NCBI GenBank assembly: GCA_037305845.1
Contig: CP147778.1
Coordinates: forward strand, 2,816,001-2,880,000
Direction of reading: 5' to 3'
DNA: 64,000 nt
DNA from: Candidatus Freyarchaeum deiterrae
Lineage (GTDB): Archaea > Asgardarchaeota > Jordiarchaeia > Jordiarchaeales > Jordiarchaeaceae
This document shows positions 48,610-59,482 of this stretch, piece after piece (positions within the stretch are counted from its first letter, which is position 1; each line of letters begins with the position of its first letter). The notes beneath the pieces were generated by a model, which worked only from the letters and a program-made list of their open reading frames with translations, did not search any database and had not been told where the DNA came from. The translations under genes were made by a program, and so were the position numbers.

Positions 48610-49680
48610 ATGAGAGCTATCGTTACTACTCCACCTGAAAGAAATTCCGTACAGTTGATGGAGATACACAAACCAAAACCCGAGGAAAATGAAGCTTTAA
48701 TCAAAATTTTGAAGGCAGGAATTGATGTAACTGATAGGGAAATAAATGACGGCTATTACGGCACACCCCCAGAAGGATCTCCATACTTAATAATCAGCCA
48801 TGAAGCTGTCGGAATCGTAGAGGAAATAGGAGAAAAAGTAAAGAAGGTTTCAGTTGGTGACATTGTGGTGCCTACGGTTAGGAGACCCTGCATACAGAAC
48901 TGTTTAAACTGTAAAAAGGGCGAGACCGATATGTGCACAACAGGGAACTATTCTGAGCATGGAATTTTAAAGCTGCACGGATTCGCTTCCGATTACACAG
49001 TCACTGATGCGAATTACTTGATAAAAATTCCTGAAGCAGTGAGGGATGAGGCTGTATTTCTAGAGCCGTTAAGCATAGTCGAAAAAGGAATTTCCCAACT
49101 ACTTAAAATTCAAGAAAGAGTGGTTTGGAAACCAGAAGACGTCCTAGTTATAGGAGCTATGCCGCTGGGTTTACTAGCCACTATGATTCTTCGATTAAAG
49201 GGCTTTAATGTGCTCAATGCTTCAAGAACCCGTGTTGAGAGTACTAAGGCTAAAATTGTTAGAGAGGTGGGAGGCGAATACGTTGATGAGAGAGAAAATT
49301 CGCTTCAAACATTAGGAAAGAAATTTGACGTAGTTATTGAGGCATCTGGAGCAGCTTCAGCCGGCATAGAATCCTTTGAACTAATGAAGCCAAACGGTAT
49401 AATTTGCTTGTTAGGACTTTACCGAGAAATAGAAGAGTGCGAAGATTTCGGAAAAATCTTCCGAAATATGGTTTCGGGGAACCGCGTATCATTCGGTTCG
49501 TCGAACTCTAACAAAAAACACTTCGAAATGGGACTGAAAGATCTACTTGAAATAAAGAAAAAATATCCATCAGTAATGAGTGAAATGGTATCCCGAGAAC
49601 TTGAACCCGAAAAAGCAGCCTTAGCATTCAGAAGCGATTTCGAAGAAATAAAAACAATCATCAATTTCCAAAAAAAGTAA
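48610..49680 (+). CDS. Archaeal glucose 1-dehydrogenase-like Zn-dependent MDR protein
   Basis: GIDVTDREI, SHEAVG, VPTVRRP, structural-Zn Cys residues and EPLS. Start moved from 48583 to the ATG at 48610, which follows GGAGG. Confidence 0.8.
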   Translation: MRAIVTTPPERNSVQLMEIHKPKPEENEALIKILKAGIDVTDREINDGYYGTPPEGSPYLIISHEAVGIVEEIGEKVKKVSVGDIVVPTVRRPCIQNCLNCKKGETDMCTTGNYSEHGILKLHGFASDYTVTDANYLIKIPEAVRDEAVFLEPLSIVEKGISQLLKIQERVVWKPEDVLVIGAMPLGLLATMILRLKGFNVLNASRTRVESTKAKIVREVGGEYVDERENSLQTLGKKFDVVIEASGAASAGIESFELMKPNGIICLLGLYREIEECEDFGKIFRNMVSGNRVSFGSSNSNKKHFEMGLKDLLEIKKKYPSVMSEMVSRELEPEKAALAFRSDFEEIKTIINFQKK

Positions 49681-49746
49681 ATAAACACAAGCGCTATACA
49701 CACAATGCTCAGCAAGAGACAAAACTGATATTTTAGGAAGCATTTT

Positions 49747-50574
49747 TCATGTACTCGTATCTAAAAATCTTAAATGAACTATGTTAGCTATCTCATATTT
49801 ATCTATAAGGTTTAACATGCTAATTGTAGATTCCCCCCAAGAATCCTCTCTTTTTATACGGGAGAACATGGGATATTGTTCTAAAACTTCTATTCTTTTA
49901 TCCCATTTCCTAATTTTATTCCCAATATGATCTGCCGAGTGCAAAGATGCTGATTTCATGCCTGTATTTTTAATTACTTGGTTCGTAAAAATTTTACCCA
50001 ATTCGGATATAGTGTTAAATACCATTTCGCTACCGGGGAAATGATCTGCCATATTCGAAAAGAATTGTTTGACTACTTTTTCAGAGAAATATGACAATAC
50101 ACCTCCACAAAAGAAAATAATACCATCAGGAATTGGATTTACCTCCTTTACCCATTCCATATCAAATATTGATTGAGCAATACAAAGAGAGCGGTTAGTT
50201 TCTGGAATAAGCTGTTTTCTGATTTCGATTACATCTGGGAGGTCAACGTCATACCAATGGATTAAACCGTTATCAACCCGGTAAAAAGTAGTGTCCAATC
50301 CACAACCCAAATTTACCACAACTGCTTTTGGGTGTCCTAAAATAAAATTTTTTATAGTATCATCAAACATCTTAGCTCTAACCAGATTCATTAAATTACC
50401 ATAAGGAGGCAAATTTTTGTCCAGCCTCTCAAAATCATAATCCAAGTTTTCAACAATCTCAACGGCCATTGGATCATTCAATATAGAGTTACCTTCACGG
50501 CTGAGTTTCGCCCGACTCCATAAAGGCAATAATAATGTTTCCTGAACACTATCCAGACAGATTTTCATTTTCAT
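49747..50574 (-). CDS. SAM-dependent O-methyltransferase (TcmP/LCM family)
   Basis: VQETLLLPLWSRA, VNLGCGLDT and WYDVDLPDV. Confidence 0.88.
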   Translation of the reverse strand: MKMKICLDSVQETLLLPLWSRAKLSREGNSILNDPMAVEIVENLDYDFERLDKNLPPYGNLMNLVRAKMFDDTIKNFILGHPKAVVVNLGCGLDTTFYRVDNGLIHWYDVDLPDVIEIRKQLIPETNRSLCIAQSIFDMEWVKEVNPIPDGIIFFCGGVLSYFSEKVVKQFFSNMADHFPGSEMVFNTISELGKIFTNQVIKNTGMKSASLHSADHIGNKIRKWDKRIEVLEQYPMFSRIKREDSWGESTISMLNLIDKYEIANIVHLRFLDTST

Positions 50575-50747
50575 ACCTTCTCATTATTACCCAATTACAC
50601 TTCAATTTTAATTATTAATTATTTCGATAAAAGATTTTCAATAATGGAAAAATAATATAATTGCCCCATTCAGTAACTTTAAATACGAAAGATTTTAAGA
50701 GGAGAAAATTGAAGATTAGTAACATTGCCTCTTAAAGGAGGGTTTAG

Positions 50748-51710
50748 ATGTTTAAAACCAGGATTACTGAACTTTTCAATATTAATTACCCCATTATTGG
50801 AGGAGCCATGCATCTTCTCTCGAGAGCCGAGCTTGTTGCAGCCATTTCAAACGCTGGCGGACTCGGAATTTTAGCATCCACAACTTTTGAGAACCCGGAA
50901 GATCTACGTAATGAGATTCAGAAAACGAGGAAGCTAACAAAAAAGCCCTTCGGCGTAAATCTAAACCTGTTTCCCTCCATGAGGCCAAGACCAGTTGAGA
51001 AGGATATCGACCTCTTTATCGATGAGGGGGTTGAAATAGTCGAGTCTTCGGGAACCAGCCCAGCGCCATACGTCCCCAGAATGAAAGAGGCTGGCATAAA
51101 GCTAATTCACAAGGTCGCGGGAGTCAAGTACGCAATGACCGCTGAGAAAGTTGGCTGCGACGCGGTGTCAGTTGTGGGCTTCGAGTGTGGAGGCCACCCC
51201 GGCCTCGATGATGTGACATCCCTCATAATGGTTCCTGAAACTGTAGAGTCTGTTCACATACCAGTGTGCGCTGGAGGCGGATTCTGCGATTCTAAGAGTT
51301 TCCTCGCAGCCCTTTCCCTCGGAGCTGAGGGAATAGTTATGGCAACCCGTTTCGTAGCCACTAAGGAATGCAATGTGCACCCCAAGATTAAAGAATGGAT
51401 AGTTAATGCCAAGGACAACGACACTACCATCATAGGGAAACCCTACAAACTCGCATCGAGAGTTATAAAGAACAAGCCAGCCTTAACAGCCCAGGAAATG
51501 GAAGCAAGAGGAGCCAGCCTTGAGGAAGTCCTGCCAATAATAAGCGGCCAGCAAGGAAAGAAAGCCTGGGAGGAAGGAGACATTGACGCTGGAATTCTTT
51601 CCCTAGGTATGAGTGTTGGAAGAATCGAAAAAATACTCACCGTAAAAGAAGTCATAGACGAGACCGTAAATGGGGCGAAGCAAATTCTTGAACGCTTAAA
51701 CAGGTATTGA
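50748..51710 (+). CDS. Nitronate monooxygenase/FabK-like flavoprotein
   Basis: YPIIGGAM, SNAGGLG, PFGVNL, GFECGGH and ATRF. Confidence 0.88.
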   Translation: MFKTRITELFNINYPIIGGAMHLLSRAELVAAISNAGGLGILASTTFENPEDLRNEIQKTRKLTKKPFGVNLNLFPSMRPRPVEKDIDLFIDEGVEIVESSGTSPAPYVPRMKEAGIKLIHKVAGVKYAMTAEKVGCDAVSVVGFECGGHPGLDDVTSLIMVPETVESVHIPVCAGGGFCDSKSFLAALSLGAEGIVMATRFVATKECNVHPKIKEWIVNAKDNDTTIIGKPYKLASRVIKNKPALTAQEMEARGASLEEVLPIISGQQGKKAWEEGDIDAGILSLGMSVGRIEKILTVKEVIDETVNGAKQILERLNRY

Positions 51711-51746
51711 AATAACTCCGCTTTGACTACGTGTATTGGTGGTACA

Positions 51747-52043
51747 ATGGAAGATTGGGACACGAGGAGGCAGAAAATAGTTAAACTATTGAGCACCAAC
51801 GAGCCAGTGAGTCTTGACGACTTGTGCCTGGAGCTTAAAGTCTTCGATAGAAAATTAATCCTTGAAGACCTACATCACATAGCTATCACTCTAAGGAAAA
51901 CTGATAGTAAACTGGTTATGGCACCTCCGACTTGTTTAAGGTGCGGATTTGTCTTCAAGGAGTTAAAGAAGCCAAAGATGCCCTCAAGATGCCCGAAGTG
52001 TAAGAGTGAAAGAATCACTCAGCCATTATTTCAAATCAGATAA
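51747..52043 (+). CDS. Archaeal HTH + Zn-ribbon transcriptional regulator
   Basis: TRRQKI..EDLHHIA..PPTCLRCGF..PSRCPKCKSE. Confidence 0.85.
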   Translation: MEDWDTRRQKIVKLLSTNEPVSLDDLCLELKVFDRKLILEDLHHIAITLRKTDSKLVMAPPTCLRCGFVFKELKKPKMPSRCPKCKSERITQPLFQIR

Positions 52044-52158
52044 TGCTCCCAAATATGAGGATGTATTCTTAAATGTTTAACTTGCAAACAGAGTAAGTAT
52101 CGATTCAAGTTCAAAAAAATCTCTCTACTCGAAAATTGTGTTCTTCAATCTCTTGTAT

Positions 52159-54117
52159 TTATATTTCCATTTCTTCTTTGTATTCCTGGTCAATTCTTGA
52201 GATTTTTTGAAGCTTCTTTTTTAGTTCTCCCCTTCCCTGTTTCATTATTAGTTTTATTTCATGTATCTGAAGAATATCCGTCCTTGTTAATATACCAATA
52301 ATCTTTTTCGGTTTCTTGCGATCCACTACGATCAATCTATCTCTCCGGTTTTCAAGCATTTTATCTAACGCTTCGTGCAGAGTTTGTTCCGGGAATATTG
52401 CAACCACATTTATATTAGCAATTTCTTCCACCTTTCTTGTCTCATGTTTTTCCGCAATCTCTCTATATAATGTGTCAGCATCGATAACGCCTATTAAATT
52501 CCCCTTATTCAAAACTGGGAAACCGTGATGTTGATATTTGCTTATCATCTCTTGCACTTGGAAAACCTGCATGTCGGAAGACACCGTAACCGGTTTGGAC
52601 ATAACATCACCCACCCGAACTCGGTCAAGAATATCCGCGCGTCTCTCTTCCACTAGTTCAATGCCTTTTTTCAGAAGGGGTTCCGTATAAAGATCTCCTC
52701 TCATAATGAAACGGCTTATTAGGTAAGCTGTTATGCAAGCAATCATAAGCGGCAAAATCATAGTATAGTTTAGAGTAATCTCAGTAACCAAAACTATACC
52801 AGTTAAGGGAGCCCTGGCCGCTGAGGCTATAAGCGCAGCCATACCCACCAACGCGTAAGTCATGGGCTGAAAAACATAAGCGGGTCCAATGTACTGGGCA
52901 ATCGGACCTATTAAACTTCCAATATACGTCAAAAAGGGGGTTAAGGGTCCAAAAGTGTTGCCGAAAAGCAGCCATTGAAGACCAACTCCATAGGCTCCCC
53001 CAAACATTGCTCCAATAAATAACATGGGGGCGAATGCTCCTCCGCTTCCCCCGCTTCCTAATGTTATAGAGGTACCTATAATTTTTAACACACCAAGTAT
53101 AAGGAACAGGACTATGGTTACGGGAATAAAAAGAAGGTTATTAATTACCTGGTAGCCTCCTCCCATTATCTGGGGAAAGAAAAATATAATGAATCCCACC
53201 ATCAGTCCTCCAATTCCCGGTTTCAAATACTTTGACACCTTTAAGCTTCCGAATAACTTGTGCACGTAGTGGAATACCTTTACCCAAGCGACGCTCAGTA
53301 AACCGAAGGCTACCCCCAGAGCAAAGAACAGCAAATACTCGTACGGATTCACAACCGCAAAGCTCCTGAGTTTGAGCACGGGTTCCGCCCCGAGAAGCCC
53401 TTGGGCAATAGTGGTTGAGACAAAGGAGGACAGTACCACTGGGATCAACGCTATTGCTTCCATTCCTCCGTAAACTATCTCTAAACCGAAGAAAACTCCT
53501 CCCAAGGGTGCCTTGAAAACGGCACTTATGCCAGCCGCCGCTCCACAAACCACCAAGAGTTTAACTGAGTAATCATCCATTTTAAAAAGTCTCCCAACCG
53601 CCGAACCGGTTCCTCCACTTATCTGAACCATTGGTCCCTCGTATCCCGCACTTCCCCCAGAGCCAATTGTAATCGCAGACGCCAACATCTTTACCAAGGG
53701 TACTCTGGCACGTATCCTTCCCTTATTTCTAACTATGGCCTCAATAACCTCAGAAACTCCATGGCCCTCACTCTCAGGAGCAAGTTTGTAAATAATAACA
53801 GCAACCATAAGACCTCCCAAAGCGGGCATAACGATTATAATTGGTGCCCAAGAAATTGTCGGGTAACTCGACAGAATATCAGTGAAAAAATTTATCAAAA
53901 ACAGGAAAGCAGCAGCAGCCACACCACCCAGCGCACCAACAATAATCGAAGCGAGTATAAGCTTAAGATGCCTTCGGGATAGAAACGTGGAGCGGAATCC
54001 CTCAAAGCCATTTCTTGAATTAGAAGTAACTGACTCTCTGGCTCCACCACTCCACCAACTCCTACGCTTCCGCTTCCCAGGATTTCCCGTCTTCCCTTTT
54101 CTAGGCGTCTTTTTCAC
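52159..54117 (-). CDS. ClC chloride channel/antiporter with CBS domains
   Basis: GHGVSE, GSGGSAGYEGP, FKAPLGG, GGAFAP and RAPLT, plus a C-terminal CBS pair. Confidence 0.92.
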   Translation of the reverse strand: MKKTPRKGKTGNPGKRKRRSWWSGGARESVTSNSRNGFEGFRSTFLSRRHLKLILASIIVGALGGVAAAAFLFLINFFTDILSSYPTISWAPIIIVMPALGGLMVAVIIYKLAPESEGHGVSEVIEAIVRNKGRIRARVPLVKMLASAITIGSGGSAGYEGPMVQISGGTGSAVGRLFKMDDYSVKLLVVCGAAAGISAVFKAPLGGVFFGLEIVYGGMEAIALIPVVLSSFVSTTIAQGLLGAEPVLKLRSFAVVNPYEYLLFFALGVAFGLLSVAWVKVFHYVHKLFGSLKVSKYLKPGIGGLMVGFIIFFFPQIMGGGYQVINNLLFIPVTIVLFLILGVLKIIGTSITLGSGGSGGAFAPMLFIGAMFGGAYGVGLQWLLFGNTFGPLTPFLTYIGSLIGPIAQYIGPAYVFQPMTYALVGMAALIASAARAPLTGIVLVTEITLNYTMILPLMIACITAYLISRFIMRGDLYTEPLLKKGIELVEERRADILDRVRVGDVMSKPVTVSSDMQVFQVQEMISKYQHHGFPVLNKGNLIGVIDADTLYREIAEKHETRKVEEIANINVVAIFPEQTLHEALDKMLENRRDRLIVVDRKKPKKIIGILTRTDILQIHEIKLIMKQGRGELKKKLQKISRIDQEYKEEMEI

Positions 54118-54613
54118 CTTACTTAATTCTGCTTTTTGAACGATACCTTTTAAATTAAAATGTTTCGCTTAGATTTCACTTTCACAATTTGCTTTCTATC
54201 CTATCTAATCGAGACTTTGCATACTTAAATCTAACACTTTTTATAATCTTACTAGAATTTTTCTTTTGGAAAGCGTTAAATTCGATTTTTCAGCTCCGCG
54301 TTGTTCGGTGACCTGTTTTGATAGCAAAGCCATTCTTCGAAGCAAACTCAGTTGTGCTAGTCCGAGTCTCTCCCAACGAGGACAAACTAGGATTTAACAT
54401 ACACAATTATTACCACAATTCCAATTACCCTTAAGAGAGTTAACTATGTGAATCCCATGGCATACTTCTTTACCGATTCATTTGGCTTTTTACAAATATT
54501 TATATTGTAACATGTCCCTTGCTTATCCTTTTGGAAGCTTTTATTAGAAAGTTAAGCGAATATATACTTACAAAAAAATTATGCCATAAGAGTGAGTTTC
54601 GGAGAAATCGGTC

Positions 54614-55408
54614 ATGGTCAAAAAATTTACAGCTTTTAAAGTTCTCATCGGTCTAATAATTTTGGGCATAATAGCCATACCAGTAACCGCTGCACTCTCT
54701 CTTGCCCAGTTCAAGTACTACCAAAACCCCATAGACTCTCTAACTCCCGGCGTAATAGATAACAGCACTGGAATAATAACAAAGAGTTTCACAATTTATG
54801 CGTACAACCCAGGATATTTTGACATAAACAGCTTAATAATAGGTACCACAGTTCTCAACAATTCACTCTACGCGTATAATGAACCATACTTCATGATATG
54901 GGGCGTCCCCAAAGGGGGTATGATACCCATAAACGTTGCCATGCGTGTAAACACCACCACTTTAAACGCAACAGGAACTATAGGCAACTTTTTGAACACT
55001 ACATCCTTCCTAGGACAAATCATTTTAGATGCCAGATACGCGTACTCGCTGACAGGTATTTCAACCATGCAAATAACCCAACTGGGACCCATGTCACCTA
55101 TGTACAACCTTTCAGTTCCCGTGGGAGTCATAGAGGCTAACACTTCAAGGGCTAATGTAACTTTCGTTTTCGGTAATTTTCTCCAAGGATATCCCTTGCA
55201 TATAGATGCAAGTCTCAGTAATGGAACTACACAAGCTACGGGTAGTGGAGATTTCACTGTACTATCAGCTGGGATATTGTCACCCTCCGTATTCAATGAT
55301 TTCATAGAGTTAGAATCCGCTGGCACCTTAGTTTCAGGAAGTTATAGTGTTACTCTAACTGTGACGTCTCCGTTTAAATACACCCAGGTTCTAAGCGTGA
55401 CTCTTTAG
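54614..55408 (+). CDS. Membrane-anchored beta-rich surface protein (LEA-2-like)
   Basis: N-terminal TM helix, AYNPGYFDI motif and many N-x-S/T sequons. Confidence 0.65.
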   Translation: MVKKFTAFKVLIGLIILGIIAIPVTAALSLAQFKYYQNPIDSLTPGVIDNSTGIITKSFTIYAYNPGYFDINSLIIGTTVLNNSLYAYNEPYFMIWGVPKGGMIPINVAMRVNTTTLNATGTIGNFLNTTSFLGQIILDARYAYSLTGISTMQITQLGPMSPMYNLSVPVGVIEANTSRANVTFVFGNFLQGYPLHIDASLSNGTTQATGSGDFTVLSAGILSPSVFNDFIELESAGTLVSGSYSVTLTVTSPFKYTQVLSVTL

Positions 55409-55437
55409 TTTTGTTTATGTGAATGGAGGTTTGATTA

Positions 55438-56025
55438 TTGGAACCACGCACAAAGGCTATTCTTAGAGGTTTGATACTTGGAATTATTGTATTCATGATA
55501 CTGATGATAGTTCCTCTTCTAATCTATAACTTCGCCACGGGGTTAATCAGGGACGTATTTATTCTCTACACTTTCGGACCACCGCAATACCAGAATTGGA
55601 TATCCTCCCTATCCGCACCCGCACTACCACTTGTATACATTAATTTTGGCACAATTTATCTCCTAGGATTACCTATTTCATTAGCTGTTTTCTTTTGGGG
55701 CCTTTTCAAAAGTGAAACTGTGGGACGTGCCCTGAGCGGTCTAACATTAGTGCTACTTGGGGCGCTATGGTTTCTAGTGGGTTTCGGATCCCTCGGCGTC
55801 ACAACTACTCTATTGTTTAGTCAAATCCCTCTAATCGCGATTGATCCGACTGCTATTCCCCCTATTGTAATCACTTATCTTAGTTACACGGCTCCATTGA
55901 TTGTCAATATTCAGGGTGTCATTAATCTCGTAATAGTAATTATACTCCTTAACGGCTTGGTCTACGTGGTAGAATTCGGGATAGGTGCAAAAAACAAGGA
56001 CTACTGGAGATACTGGGGCAAGTAG
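55438..56025 (+). CDS. Hypothetical membrane protein
   Basis: 4-5 hydrophobic helices. TTG start after GGAGG, 29 nt after the previous gene. Confidence 0.7.
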   Translation: MEPRTKAILRGLILGIIVFMILMIVPLLIYNFATGLIRDVFILYTFGPPQYQNWISSLSAPALPLVYINFGTIYLLGLPISLAVFFWGLFKSETVGRALSGLTLVLLGALWFLVGFGSLGVTTTLLFSQIPLIAIDPTAIPPIVITYLSYTAPLIVNIQGVINLVIVIILLNGLVYVVEFGIGAKNKDYWRYWGK

Positions 56026-56251
56026 GAATCATAAACAAAAATCGACAAAATGTAACCCAAAATATCCTCTAAAGTTTGCAGTTAATAATTCCTCAAACTC
56101 TTCTACTTTTTTATTTTTTCCTGTTCTGAAATAAATACTGTCACTTTTTGGGTATGGTTCGCTATGGTTCTAACTTGGAGTTTTTTAAAAAATCGAATAT
56201 TTTTAAAAAGAGAAAAAAGAGAATTTTATTAATTTGTTTTCTGGGCATGTC

Positions 56252-56713
56252 CTATTTGACTAGTCCCACTTTAACTAGACATATGTTATCCTTGTTTTCT
56301 ATTTGGACATTTGAAATGTCCACACCTAGTCCACCGAGTCGACCCGACAGGATAAGGTTTACCACGCACAGGGGGCAAGCAGCGTAGCCTTGGGCTTTTC
56401 CGAAGTTAGCCAAGTCTTGGTACATGCAGTTGACAAATTTCATATTTATGGTATTATCCGCGGCGCTTATTTCCGATTTCTCCGGGTCTGCGAATCTGCC
56501 TTTTACCAAGGCTTCTTTAACATGTTTTATGAAACTGTTCATGTCTTTTGAGGGTTCTTCGTTGTAAATCTTTTTTGCGAGGTCAGCTATTATGGGCGAT
56601 AATACTCTGTTTGTTTGTCGCGCAACAAGCTCAGGTTTTATTCCCATCTTATCCAGAGAAGTCAATAAAGTGCCGAAAGCTATAGCGTTATATAAAGAAT
56701 TAACTTTTACCAT
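56252..56713 (-). CDS. Small V4R-like protein (tandem paralog)
   Basis: NSLYNAIAFGT..LDKMG..ARQ and NCMY..ACPLC..IC. Confidence 0.7.
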   Translation of the reverse strand: MVKVNSLYNAIAFGTLLTSLDKMGIKPELVARQTNRVLSPIIADLAKKIYNEEPSKDMNSFIKHVKEALVKGRFADPEKSEISAADNTINMKFVNCMYQDLANFGKAQGYAACPLCVVNLILSGRLGGLGVDISNVQIENKDNICLVKVGLVK

Positions 56714-56765
56714 ACGCTTTACACGCTCACTTTTTTGCTATTTATTTTTGGACTCATATTAATTT

Positions 56766-57227
56766 TTAATCAACTGATACTTTAAGCTTACAAACGTTTT
56801 CTTTGTTTTCTACTTTGCTATCTGCAACTTCACCGATACCTTGGGCACCAATAAAGCTTATAACCATAAGATTTACAATGCATATGGGGCATGCGGGGTA
56901 TCCCTGAGATTTTCCGAAGTTGGCCATATCATTGAACATGCAATTGGTTAGTTTCATGTAGAGAGTATTATTGGAGACACTAGCTTCGGTTCCTTTTGGA
57001 TCTGCGAATTGGGCTGTTTCCATAATTTTATCCCAGCTCGATATAAACTCTTTCAAGTTTTTTGCATCCGTTTGGGTACTAATCTGTTTTCCTAATTCTT
57101 TCATCATAGGGGCCAATACTCTACTTGCTTGACGTGCAACCAACGATGGGTTTACTCCCATCTTATCCAGAGCAGTTAATACCGTGCCAAAAGCTATAGC
57201 ATTATACAAAGAATTTAATTCTGTCAT
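56766..57227 (-). CDS. Small V4R-like protein (tandem paralog)
   Basis: NSLYNAIAFGT..LDKMG..ARQ and NCMF..ACPIC..VC. Confidence 0.7.
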   Translation of the reverse strand: MTELNSLYNAIAFGTVLTALDKMGVNPSLVARQASRVLAPMMKELGKQISTQTDAKNLKEFISSWDKIMETAQFADPKGTEASVSNNTLYMKLTNCMFNDMANFGKSQGYPACPICIVNLMVISFIGAQGIGEVADSKVENKENVCKLKVSVD

Positions 57228-57574
57228 ATGCTTTTCACTCTCACTTTTTAAAAGGTCCTACTTTCTCTTTCACCCAAAAAGGTTTGAGACGATGGATGTA
57301 AGTGGTTTCGACTATGTTTTAATATTTGACGCTTTCTAAAATCGAATACCCACTTGCTATAAGTTAGTTATATTAATTATAGACTATTATATTTTTCCAT
57401 CATATAAAATGTGTGCATACATTACAATCTCATCTGTTGTAAAATTAAATTTTCCAATCTAGGCATAATTCCTAAAAAGGGAAAGAAATAATCTTAGAGC
57501 AAAAATTATTACGGAAAATATTTTTAAAGACATATAACTAGAATCAAACGATGATTAACGAGAAGTGAAATAGT

Positions 57575-58738
57575 ATGAAAAAAGTAGCAGTAGTAGGAAT
57601 AGGATCCACAAAATATGGAAAATCGGACAAAACATGCGTAGAAATGTTCGCAGAAGCAGGAATAGACGCCATGCACGACGCCAACGTCGCAGCGAAAGAC
57701 GTCGAAGCCTTATACCTAGGAAATGTACTTGGCGACTACGAAGAAGACTCCAGCAACATAGCACCGTTCTGCGCGGCGGAAATAGGACTAAAAAACGTAC
57801 CAGCAACCAAATTCGAAACCGCCTGCTCAAGTGCCACAGCAGCGTTCAGAGACGCCTACACCGCGGTAGCCTCCGGTCTCACCAACATAGTGATGGCAGG
57901 AGGTACGGAGAGAGCACTGGCAATGGGAACCCCTCTCGCCACAAAAACTTTCGCCATGGCGACAGAAACCAGATATGAACAAAAATCCGGACTCACGTTC
58001 CCAGGAGTATTCGCAATGATGGCGCACGCTTACGCCAAAAAATACAACCTAACCGTAGACAAACTAAAAGAAATAATGGCAATGGTAGCAGTCAAAAACC
58101 ACCACAACGGATCCATGAATCCCAAAGCCCACCTTCAAAAAGAAATAACTCTTGATAAAGCAATAGCTGCCCCAATGGTAGCCGAGCCGCTGAATCTGTA
58201 CTCATGTTGCCCCTTCAGTGATGGTGCTTCAGCCTGCATTTTGGCTTCGGAGGACGTAGCCAAGAAGCTTACTGACACCCCAATCTGGGTAGCTGGTACC
58301 GGCATGGGTTCCTGTGGGCCTTCATACATGCAGAAGGATGTCACTCGAGTAATTGCCCGTGAGGCGGCTTCAAGGATGGCTTATAAACAGGCTAAGCTTG
58401 AGCCTAAGGACATCGACGTTTGTGAACTTCATGATTGTTTCACTATTGCTGAGATTGCTGCTACGGAAGGACTGGGATTCTTTAAGTTCGGTGAGGGCTG
58501 GAAGGGCGTTGAAGAAGGGGAAACTAGCCTTGACGGCAGAATACCCATCAATACATCCGGCGGATTAAAGTCTAAAGGACATCCAATAGGAGCCACTGGT
58601 GTGGGTCAGGTTTACGAGATAGTGAATCAGCTCCGTGGAGCGAATGGCCCAAGGCAGGTAGACGGTGCGGAGATTGGCTACATCGACACTCTGGGCGGCG
58701 ACCTAGCGGTGGTCGTAAACGTTATCCTGAGAAGGTGA
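57575..58738 (+). CDS. Thiolase (archaeal/SCP2-like)
   Basis: ETACSS, VKNH, ELHDCF and GHPIGATG. Confidence 0.9.
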   Translation: MKKVAVVGIGSTKYGKSDKTCVEMFAEAGIDAMHDANVAAKDVEALYLGNVLGDYEEDSSNIAPFCAAEIGLKNVPATKFETACSSATAAFRDAYTAVASGLTNIVMAGGTERALAMGTPLATKTFAMATETRYEQKSGLTFPGVFAMMAHAYAKKYNLTVDKLKEIMAMVAVKNHHNGSMNPKAHLQKEITLDKAIAAPMVAEPLNLYSCCPFSDGASACILASEDVAKKLTDTPIWVAGTGMGSCGPSYMQKDVTRVIAREAASRMAYKQAKLEPKDIDVCELHDCFTIAEIAATEGLGFFKFGEGWKGVEEGETSLDGRIPINTSGGLKSKGHPIGATGVGQVYEIVNQLRGANGPRQVDGAEIGYIDTLGGDLAVVVNVILRR

Positions 58739-59130
58739 TTATGATGAAGATGTCAGTTTATCCTTTAACTTACGAAAAATGGGCTGAGGCCTTTAAACAA
58801 GGTAAACTTTTGGGTTTGAAGTGTAAAAGCTGTGGTGCGGTGTTCAGTCCACCGAGCATGGTCTGTCGAGAGTGTGGCAGTGAAGAAGTTGAGGTAACCG
58901 AGGTTAAAGATAAAGGCGTAATCGATACCTACACAGTCATTCACGTAGCACCACTGGGTTACGAGAAGGACGCCCCATACATTGTTGCCCGTGCCAAGAT
59001 GGACGAGGGCTTCATTATGGTCGGAAGAATAATAGACACGGCGCCGGAAGAAGTCTCGATAGGCACAAAGATTAGAGTTGGCTTCGCTGAGAGACCGAAT
59101 GGATTAATGATAACGTTCAAACCCGAGTAA
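58735..59130 (+). CDS. DUF35 Zn-ribbon/OB-fold thiolase partner
   Basis: CKSCG..PP..CREC and YTVIHVAP..PYIVA. GTGA overlap with the thiolase. Confidence 0.9.
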   Translation: MIMMKMSVYPLTYEKWAEAFKQGKLLGLKCKSCGAVFSPPSMVCRECGSEEVEVTEVKDKGVIDTYTVIHVAPLGYEKDAPYIVARAKMDEGFIMVGRIIDTAPEEVSIGTKIRVGFAERPNGLMITFKPE

Positions 59131-59482
59131 TTTTCTCCAAAATCCACCTTTTTTTTATTTTTAATTATTTATGCACATCTTACGAATTCAAGTTAGAGAA
59201 GCTGAATTTTACCTTTAGACTAAATAACCGCTTTAAGTCAACTCGACCCAAAATTAATAATCATTAGGGCATAAAATGCTCCAATAAATATACACTAAAT
59301 TTATTTCTGTCAAAACTTTTAAAAATTAAAATTGCACTTATTTTGGAGAGAATGTAGGAAAAATAACAAATTTATATATCCCGATAATCATGCGGCAAAA
59401 TTAATTGATTATCACTCTAAAAAGGGGCAGAAACGGATTTACTCACTGTGGCTAAATTAGCATTATAAAAGGGGAGTTAAGC

